Positions 14,598 to 20,557 of a stretch of DNA of 20,557 nucleotides are shown here, one piece after another. Both the position numbers and the translations under genes were made by a program. This DNA comes from Gemmatimonadota bacterium (GTDB lineage Bacteria > Gemmatimonadota > Gemmatimonadetes > Gemmatimonadales > GWC2-71-9): assembly GCA_039586365.1 (NCBI GenBank), contig JBDHKN010000115.1, forward strand, positions 1 through 20,557. Direction: 5' to 3'. Within the stretch, counting starts at the first letter, position 1, and each line of letters begins with the position of its first letter. A model generated the notes under the pieces. The model did not search any database and had not been told where the DNA came from. It saw nothing but the letters and a program-made list of their open reading frames with translations.

Positions 14598-15626
14598 TCA
14601 CTGCATCCCCCACTTCAACGCCGCCACCCGCACCATCGCCCGGGCCTTCGCAGCCTGCTCATCCTGCTTCCAGTTCGCATCTTCACCCAGCACCGGATTC
14701 TCGTTTGCCCATTTGTCGATAGCCTGGTTTGCTGCCGTCAATCCGCCATCCACGAACGCCTCGAGTCCACGGTGCATGGCAGAGCCGACCCATAGCGGCT
14801 CGGAATCAGACTCCTGCCCGCGGCGCAGCCTCAGCTCGTGCCGCCAGTAGTAGTACATCTCGCAGCGAGCGAGGTCTTCAAGGGACGAATGAGTAAGTAC
14901 GTCGTCGCCATCATCTTTACCGTCCAGCTCGGGATGCGATGATTCAAGAGCCCGATACCGATCCTCAATGACCCATTGCCAATCGGCGCCGTTCTGAGCA
15001 GCTTCACAGAGTGACATGTAGGGGCATTGCCGCTCGTAAGCGAAGCACGCCCCGACGTTTGGCAGCCACCGCTTGCAGCGACGGTTCTCCAGCAGTCGCT
15101 TGGAACTCTCCCATAGATACCAGCGAGCCTGGTCAGTCTTACTGGGTGTCAGATGATAAGAATATAAGACCACGCGCTTCGGCTCCTCTATCAGCCAATC
15201 AAGGCAGCGCTTCTCGTAGACCCCGAGGCTCACGTCGCCAGTCGCTTTGGTGACCACGCTGCATCCCTGAGCCTCGGCGAGTTTCTGAGCCTCCTCGAGT
15301 TCGTCAAAGATCCGAACCGCCGTCTTGCGACCCGCACGCATGACAGCATACCTGTAGCGTGGGTGCGAGTATTGCAGACGTGGACGGGTGATCAGACGGT
15401 ACTCGATCTCCTCGATCACGTGGCCGACAGCGATAGCATACAGTTCACCCTGGAACCCGATCTGCCGCTGTTTGATGAAACGAGCGGGATCACTGACACC
15501 CTTCCAGTCGATGAGCTTGCGTCCCTCGATTCGGTCAACAACACCCATGAACCGGAACGAACGTGACGAGCGTCCCGTCTCCGGGTTGCGGATCGGCATA
15601 CTGACGATGGTTTCGGTTGCTTGCAT
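14598..15626 (-). CDS. Cas4/RecB-like PD-(D/E)XK exonuclease, apparently circularly permuted
   Basis: GVVD, IDWK, QGELY and C-x6-CPY-x3-C, followed by LTHSS...C-x2-YYW...GSAMH; start ATG 15626, 2 nt after the SSB stop. Confidence 0.85.
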   Translation of the reverse strand: MQATETIVSMPIRNPETGRSSRSFRFMGVVDRIEGRKLIDWKGVSDPARFIKQRQIGFQGELYAIAVGHVIEEIEYRLITRPRLQYSHPRYRYAVMRAGRKTAVRIFDELEEAQKLAEAQGCSVVTKATGDVSLGVYEKRCLDWLIEEPKRVVLYSYHLTPSKTDQARWYLWESSKRLLENRRCKRWLPNVGACFAYERQCPYMSLCEAAQNGADWQWVIEDRYRALESSHPELDGKDDGDDVLTHSSLEDLARCEMYYYWRHELRLRRGQESDSEPLWVGSAMHRGLEAFVDGGLTAANQAIDKWANENPVLGEDANWKQDEQAAKARAMVRVAALKWGMQ

Positions 15627-15628
15627 AA

Positions 15629-16054
15629 CTAAAACGGGATATCGTCTCCACTGGGTATACTGTCGGGGGAGGGCTCCCGTTGAGTCTCCGGTAACGCAGG
15701 CGGCGCTTCGCCGAGTGGAGCCCAATCATCGATCTTATGGTACTTGCCATCCGGTACAACAAGCACTTGGAGTCGCCTGTCAACAAGTGCTTTGTGGCTA
15801 TTGGGGCGGGCAGGCTCATACGCTTTGGCCGCTTCCCGTTCGAGGCCACAGGCTTGAGCAAAGGCAGCGAGACGCCAAAGAGCTTGATCTACAAGCACAA
15901 ATGACACCTTCGATTTCTGTCCGCGGTCATCTGCGACCTCAAACTCAACGCCATCACTGCCAGTGTTGTATTGGAACATCCGAAAGTTTTTCACACATAC
16001 AACATGCCAACCGTTTCGCAACCAGCCGCCATCGTAGTGATCGGAAAGTGGCAC
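15629..16054 (-). CDS. Phage single-stranded DNA-binding protein (DUF669-like)
   Basis: Acidic DDIPF C-terminal tail; position after the Sak4-like ATPase. Confidence 0.8.
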   Translation of the reverse strand: MPLSDHYDGGWLRNGWHVVCVKNFRMFQYNTGSDGVEFEVADDRGQKSKVSFVLVDQALWRLAAFAQACGLEREAAKAYEPARPNSHKALVDRRLQVLVVPDGKYHKIDDWAPLGEAPPALPETQREPSPDSIPSGDDIPF

Positions 16055-16833
16055 TACCCGTTCTCCTTTTTCTTGCCGAGGATCTTCTCAAACACCGCCA
16101 TCCAGTTGGGAGGCACAAGAGCCTCAAGAACCCCACTGGCATCTTTGGCCAGCACGTCGCCATTATTCGCGGTACGCCAGACGCGCGTCTCGTTGCCGTT
16201 GCCACTCTTGGTAGATTCCATGTGGAACACAAGATCGAAGTAGGCGCCGCACTCGCGTGCCGCCTTGCCGCTAAGATTCGGCGACCGAATCGTCTCGCCA
16301 CCTTGCTTGTCCTTTGACCAACCGGCCAGGCAGGTGAAGATGATATGAATCGGCAGGTGGCAGAACGCCGAAATCATATTGAGTATGCGGGTGCGATACA
16401 GTCCCCAGTCTTCTTGCCCCATCTGCTCTTCATAGATATTTTCCGGCTTGTCGGTGCGATTGCCAGTTCGTTCCTGTACGAGCTTCTTGCGATCTACGGT
16501 TACAATCTGTCGCATGCACAGCTCGGAGATTTCCGATAGACCGTCAAAGGCAAGGATCTTCGTGTTCTCGACCGTTGCTTTCGTCTTTGCGTCGTCGATC
16601 TTGCCGGGTGTCCTGAAGTAACCGAGAATAATCCGTAGGTCTTCCCACTGTTCGATCTGAAAGACTGGATATGCCTCGCTTCGTAGGGGGACTGCGCCCC
16701 GCTCGCCGATACAGATCGTCGTTTTATCTGCTGGCAACGTCCGAAGCGATGTAGTCTTGCCGATTCCCGTATCGCCGTAGACAAGAGCGCGTAGTTTGTT
16801 CAGTTCTGTAGCCTGCGTGTTAGTCAACTTCAC
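16054..16833 (-). CDS. AAA_24 / Sak4-like recombination ATPase
   Basis: LVYGDTGIGKT, AFDGLSE, DWG and AKD motifs. Confidence 0.9.
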   Translation of the reverse strand: MKLTNTQATELNKLRALVYGDTGIGKTTSLRTLPADKTTICIGERGAVPLRSEAYPVFQIEQWEDLRIILGYFRTPGKIDDAKTKATVENTKILAFDGLSEISELCMRQIVTVDRKKLVQERTGNRTDKPENIYEEQMGQEDWGLYRTRILNMISAFCHLPIHIIFTCLAGWSKDKQGGETIRSPNLSGKAARECGAYFDLVFHMESTKSGNGNETRVWRTANNGDVLAKDASGVLEALVPPNWMAVFEKILGKKKENG

Positions 16834-17089
16834 CTGTTTTCTCCGGTTTCAACTCCTGATCCAACTCGATCCGTACCACATCGCCAACATCGAATTCGTC
16901 GGGGTCCCACTTGTGGCCACGACATAGACCATTGTCAATCATTCTCCGCGAGACGTTGTCGAGGTCTGTTTCATCCCGGCATTCGGCTAACCGAGATATG
17001 TAAACACTGAATGTCGCAGACCGGACGACCGTGCCCGTGATTATTTTCTCTGGTTTCGGTTCTCGCTTGCTGGCCATTGGGTTATCCAC
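16820..17089 (-). CDS. Hypothetical protein
   Basis: Fits operon spacing and overlaps the next start. Confidence 0.6.
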   Translation of the reverse strand: MDNPMASKREPKPEKIITGTVVRSATFSVYISRLAECRDETDLDNVSRRMIDNGLCRGHKWDPDEFDVGDVVRIELDQELKPEKTGEVD

Positions 17090-17097
17090 GCCATTGA

Positions 17098-17382
17098 TTA
17101 TTCAAAAGTGCGCGCGGCCGCTACAGCACCGTGGACGGCCGCGCGCGGGGGGTTGGCGGGCGCATCGTCGCCCGCCGGAGTGGGCAAAAGAAACGAGCCC
17201 CGCAGAGCAGATGCCCCACGGGACTCGCCCTCGGAGGGGACAGAAACCGCAATCAGCGTGAATGATGCCCAACTCACAAACAGCACCATCCACAGTCCCC
17301 ATTCAATCCGCGCAGCGTCTAACAGAAGGTCGCCCCCGCGTCTCTGTGCGCTGCGCCAGTCGTATCCGTGTATACCGTTCAC
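17098..17382 (-). CDS. Hypothetical single-TM protein
   Basis: GTGA coupling; hydrophobic WGLWMVLFVSWASFTLIAV; 3' part overlaps a GC hairpin. Confidence 0.5.
   Translation of the reverse strand: MNGIHGYDWRSAQRRGGDLLLDAARIEWGLWMVLFVSWASFTLIAVSVPSEGESRGASALRGSFLLPTPAGDDAPANPPRAAVHGAVAAARTFE
17104..17146 (-). terminator. Possible intrinsic terminator
   Basis: Perfect 11-bp stem gcgcgcggccg/cggccgcgcgc followed by ACUUUU on the minus strand (short U tract). Confidence 0.45.
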
Positions 17383-17516
17383 AGTTTCGTCATTTCGTCC
17401 AGGATCTTATCGGCTGACGCCACGAGCGTTTTGCCAATGATGCCGCATATCAGAAACGGCAGAGCCAACAGGTATACGGGTATTAGAACTCCTGCATCTT
17501 GCGCTACACGGTGCAT
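17379..17516 (-). CDS. 45-aa membrane peptide (not in ORF track)
   Basis: GGGAGG RBS; MHRVAQDAGVLIPVYLLALPFLICGIIGKTLVASADKILDEMTKL. Confidence 0.6.
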   Translation of the reverse strand: MHRVAQDAGVLIPVYLLALPFLICGIIGKTLVASADKILDEMTKL

Positions 17517-17722
17517 TCCGTCGCCCTCCCTGGCGATGTAAGCGGGTCATCCGTGACGACCGCGCCATTTATGAGTCGCACAGTACGCACAGTGAACTTC
17601 TTGTTCAGCGGAACCTTGTTGCGTACAGCTTCGCAAAGCTCAGAAAGGCCTTCAATAATATCCCGACCTACGCTCTTGTCGTCGTCATCAGACACTGATC
17701 CGTTAGCCGTATCGTCAGTCAT
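17504..17722 (-). CDS. Small hypothetical protein (72 aa)
   Basis: GGAGGAGG RBS; ATGA coupling. Confidence 0.7.
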   Translation of the reverse strand: MTDDTANGSVSDDDDKSVGRDIIEGLSELCEAVRNKVPLNKKFTVRTVRLINGAVVTDDPLTSPGRATECTV

Positions 17723-18045
17723 GGTGCCTCCTCCGCCTTGGCGATGGCGGCTTGTATCTTCGGTACAGGACACAATTCGTCGTGCTCTGGCGCGTCAAGC
17801 AAAGCGCACATTCCGCATTGTGTGCGGCCATTCCCATCCGGCACGATGAATATCGCGTCTCGTATTACTGCCCTGCACGCCTCCAGCAGGTCGTCAAAGC
17901 AGTTCACGCACCGGACGATATGCTCGGCGTTTGAATGCCTGAAGACCGTGCCGACGACGCACCTACGATTTGCGTCCCGAATAAGCTCCCGTCCGTCCGA
18001 ACTAAAACCGTGGAGAATCCACGGTGTCGGCGCATGCTTACTCAT
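17719..18045 (-). CDS. Conserved phage early protein (HTPGPW...NA-x2-I...DLLEA-like)
   Basis: MSKHAPTPW...NAEHIVRCVN...DLLEAC...AAIAKA; GGAG RBS. Confidence 0.8.
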   Translation of the reverse strand: MSKHAPTPWILHGFSSDGRELIRDANRRCVVGTVFRHSNAEHIVRCVNCFDDLLEACRAVIRDAIFIVPDGNGRTQCGMCALLDAPEHDELCPVPKIQAAIAKAEEAP

Positions 18046-18055
18046 GCTGCGCTCC

Positions 18056-18095
18056 AAAAAAGATGGCGACCCGGCAACGCACCGGATCGCCATCT
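18056..18095 (-). terminator. Intrinsic terminator early in the leftward operon
   Basis: 13-14 bp stem gatggcgatccgg/ccgggtcgccatc (one G-U) followed by U6. Confidence 0.8.
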
Positions 18096-18124
18096 GAACG
18101 TGAACCGCGCAACCGACCAGCGTA

Positions 18125-18481
18125 CTACGCTTGCGCGGCTTTTCGTCTTAAAACTGTGCCGTTGCCCCGCCCCGTCAGCATGGCGTACCGCACGTTGATC
18201 TCGTCGTCGGACATGGGATGCAGCCGGCGCCGGTTCTCGTCCCACGCTCGGAGGCGCTCCATCGCCGCTGCCACCTCTTCGACTGGAATGTCCTTCAGGG
18301 CTTGTGCGTGGTCCTGCGCCGTCGCCACTGCGTCGAGCATCGTGAGTAGCGCGAACCGCCGACAGACCGGGCGCCAAGCGTTGCTGAACGACTGTGACCG
18401 CGGTGAGCCGTCGGTGTTGAGGTAGCCGAGGGCGACGGCGCCCCGCTCGCAGCTCCACCCCGCTCGTCGTTGGCTGGCCAT
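18125..18481 (-). CDS. Hypothetical protein
   Basis: 118-aa ORF in the operon direction, ending just before the terminator. Confidence 0.55.
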   Translation of the reverse strand: MASQRRAGWSCERGAVALGYLNTDGSPRSQSFSNAWRPVCRRFALLTMLDAVATAQDHAQALKDIPVEEVAAAMERLRAWDENRRRLHPMSDDEINVRYAMLTGRGNGTVLRRKAAQA

Positions 18482-18646
18482 CTCGCGAATTAGCGACCCT
18501 GGCGGCGATTTTTTTTATCGTCCGTGAGTTATCCACCCTGGTTTCGCTCCGCGATGTAGGGTTTAGCAGCGAGTCCTATCGGAGACGCTGACTGTGGACG
18601 TACAAAGACTGCTTGCGGCTGATGCCGCGGAGAAAAGAAGCGACGC

Positions 18647-18829
18647 TCAGCCTTGCCTGGACGTCGCTGGCTCGCTCTCTGGTTGCGATTGCCGGGGCTG
18701 CAACAGCTCGAACAGCCGCCCCAGCCCCCAACGGACGCGTTTCCTCGCATTCTTCTCGCCCTTGAGCCAGTCAGGCACTACCTGCTCAAGCTGACTGTCC
18801 TCTTCAGGCGTGATCTCAACGATCGGCAT
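18647..18829 (-). CDS. Small Cro-position regulator, RHH-like (60 aa)
   Basis: First gene after the leftward promoter; GAGGAG RBS; beta strand (PIVEI) then two predicted helices. Confidence 0.6.
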   Translation of the reverse strand: MPIVEITPEEDSQLEQVVPDWLKGEKNARKRVRWGLGRLFELLQPRQSQPESEPATSRQG

Positions 18830-18849
18830 ATCGGACTCCTCACACCGAA

Positions 18850-18877
18850 AGTATACACGATTGGCAACGTGTGTCAA
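18850..18877 (-). promoter_or_regulatory. Strong leftward early promoter
   Basis: TTGACA-16bp-TATACT on the minus strand; palindromes at 18855-18872 and 18874-18890. Confidence 0.8.
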
Positions 18878-18913
18878 ACGTAATGTTTGAGTTACGGCGG
18901 CGTCATGTTGCCG

Positions 18914-18942
18914 TTGCGTCGCCTAAACCCTTGCGCGATAGT
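18914..18942 (+). promoter_or_regulatory. Weak rightward promoter for the repressor-position gene
   Basis: TTGCGT-17bp-GATAGT, ending 7 nt before GTG 18950. Confidence 0.5.
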
Positions 18943-18949
18943 AGGTTAC

Positions 18950-19342
18950 GTGGCCCCAAAAAAGCGTGAAGTATTTCAAGTTCGATGTTCCGACGAGCTT
19001 CAAGATGTGTTTCTGGCCGCCGCCGCAGATTACCTCGGCGTGCCAATAGAGGCACTAGAACCCACTGGCAAGCGGAAGCCTGAAGCTGAGTCGCTGACAC
19101 GGGTTCTACGCGCATCCATGCTCATGTTTGTCGATTTCGCCGATGATCGCCAATACTATGGGGCCTATGCCCAGATGTTTCCAACCCGCCCAGAGGCCGT
19201 CAAACGCCGCCCTGAGCCAAGCGAAGGCGAACCCGAGATGGGGCTTGAGGCTGGTGAGGACGAAGGCCGTACAGCCAAAGACGACGCTCCAAGTGGTACG
19301 CCAGCGAGAAAAGATACGCGTCGGAAAAAGAAGAGAGCATGA
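18950..19342 (+). CDS. Repressor-position regulator, RHH/Arc-like N-terminus
   Basis: KKREVFQVRCSDELQDVF...LTRVLRASM; divergent from the early operon; start uncertain (GTG 18950 or ATG 18905). Confidence 0.6.
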   Translation: MAPKKREVFQVRCSDELQDVFLAAAADYLGVPIEALEPTGKRKPEAESLTRVLRASMLMFVDFADDRQYYGAYAQMFPTRPEAVKRRPEPSEGEPEMGLEAGEDEGRTAKDDAPSGTPARKDTRRKKKRA

Positions 19343-19587
19343 CAACGATACGGCCGATGGCCGCCTCCCTATCGGACGGTGACGCGCACATGAATTGCCC
19401 TCCAAAGTGCACAGGCCCCGCACCCGCCAGCGAGGAGCCCGCGCATCGGCTAGGCACGAAGCGTGAATTTAACATGGGCGATATGATGAGTGTACGATAT
19501 CCGATGTCAAGCGAGCAAGACTTGATGCGTGGGTGCGATAACTTGTGCCGGCTGGACTCCGAAACGCCCAGGTGGATACTGCGCTGA
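19339..19587 (+). CDS. Hypothetical protein
   Basis: ATGA coupling to the upstream gene. Confidence 0.45.
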   Translation: MTTIRPMAASLSDGDAHMNCPPKCTGPAPASEEPAHRLGTKREFNMGDMMSVRYPMSSEQDLMRGCDNLCRLDSETPRWILR

Positions 19588-19607
19588 AGTACGAGAGGAG
19601 TCACCCG

Positions 19608-20261
19608 ATGAGCAAACTTCTGGCCGCAATCCTATCCGCACTGATTGTCGGTCCGCTCACTGCGCTGACGGTTTACGTCTTGATCGAGCCAGCGTCGCAG
19701 GATGCCTTGCACGCTTGCCGCCAGGAACTTGCTTCTGCTCGCGACGGGCTGCGCGATATCGTCCTCGAGAATCAGGTCTTGCGGAAAGCGACCCGTGATC
19801 CGGCAGCGGAATCCGAACTCTATGAGTCACCGATCAAGCCAGAACCCGAAGCGCCGTTTGATACGTTCTTGGTGGATTTGACGTCATTCGTGGACTTGCT
19901 CACGGAAATCGTGAAGGAAATGTCTGAAGAACCCAAGCCACTCAGATCGCCGGAATACGTCACAGCCCAACAGTTGGCGGACGGCTACACGGCGAACGAA
20001 ATCGCCGCGGATCAACGATGGAAAGGAAAGCCTGTATGCGTGGAGGGCATCGTCGAAGAAGTCGGCACGGCGCTCTTCGGATACCCCTACGTTGTCCTGG
20101 GCGGCGGAAGCCGCAAGGTCCAGTGCGTGTTTGATGAAACGTCTCTTGCGGCACTGGCAACGCTCAATAAGGGAACTACGATCGCCGTTTATGGCAAGTG
20201 TGGTGGCCTCACCTTGGGGCTGGTCGTGGTCACGGAGGCGCAGCTAGCGCTGGGGCCATGA
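19608..20261 (+). CDS. Membrane-anchored protein with a tRNA_anti-like OB-fold domain
   Basis: GAGGAG RBS; N-terminal TM helix, coiled coil, then VTAQQL-x3-Y-x2-NEIAAD-x2-WKGK-x3-VEGIV. Confidence 0.8.
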   Translation: MSKLLAAILSALIVGPLTALTVYVLIEPASQDALHACRQELASARDGLRDIVLENQVLRKATRDPAAESELYESPIKPEPEAPFDTFLVDLTSFVDLLTEIVKEMSEEPKPLRSPEYVTAQQLADGYTANEIAADQRWKGKPVCVEGIVEEVGTALFGYPYVVLGGGSRKVQCVFDETSLAALATLNKGTTIAVYGKCGGLTLGLVVVTEAQLALGP

Positions 20262-20267
20262 GCCGCG

Positions 20268-20465
20268 TTAATCCGCCGCGCTCTCTGCAACCGTCCGATC
20301 GTCCCTTTTTGAGTTGTTCGCCGTCGCAGCTTGAACGATCCGCTGCCAGGCGTTTTCGATGGTTACGCGTTCCTGCCGATTCAGCGCAGGCGACTTCACG
20401 GCTGCAATCAGCCTGTCTACGTTCTCGACATCGATAGCTAGTTGACGTTGCTCCGCGTCGCTCAT
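20268..20465 (-). CDS. Hypothetical protein (65 aa)
   Basis: Helical-looking ORF, convergent with the OB-fold gene. Confidence 0.5.
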   Translation of the reverse strand: MSDAEQRQLAIDVENVDRLIAAVKSPALNRQERVTIENAWQRIVQAATANNSKRDDRTVAESAAD

Positions 20466-20557
20466 GGCGTCATCCGATCTCCTTCCTGACCGCGAAGCTC
20501 TCCAATCTTCCGATTGTAAGGCAACGCCAGGTTCTTCCAGATCGCCGCGACGATTGC

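Noticed and set aside
6959..17691. Other CTGAnGA matches as extra hammerheads (e.g. near 6959, 10421, 15601, 17685)
   Set aside because: They lie inside coding sequence and I found no matching GAAA and stem arrangement.

Overview
Early, recombination and replication region of a GC-rich temperate phage. It appears to be in the excised (attP) configuration: a 3' fragment of tRNA-Pro(GGG) at 4657-4702 is flanked on both sides by 12-bp arm-type repeats and by phage-like genes. Right to left it carries a divergent switch of two small RHH-like regulators (~18.6-19.3 kb) and a long leftward early operon: Sak4-like AAA ATPase, SSB with a DDIPF tail, Cas4/RecB-like nuclease, MT-A70 methylase, PD-(D/E)XK nuclease, N6/N4 methylase, replication initiator, DnaC-like loader, DUF1064-like nuclease and pentapeptide protein. 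A rightward mini-operon contains a type II hammerhead ribozyme and ends in a tyrosine integrase. Next to attP are two tandem LRR genes, followed by more leftward accessory genes (methylase, hexapeptide-repeat protein, Cys-rich lipoprotein). The most unusual observations are: a perfect chromosomal parS site inside attP; tandem LRR cassettes with mosaic, non-synonymously diversified repeats; a circularly permuted Cas4-like nuclease; a methyltransferase with an 8-Cys YkgJ-like domain inserted in its SAM-binding fold; and several genes bounded by direct repeats centred on RBS and start codon. All family assignments come from motifs read by eye; no database searches were run.
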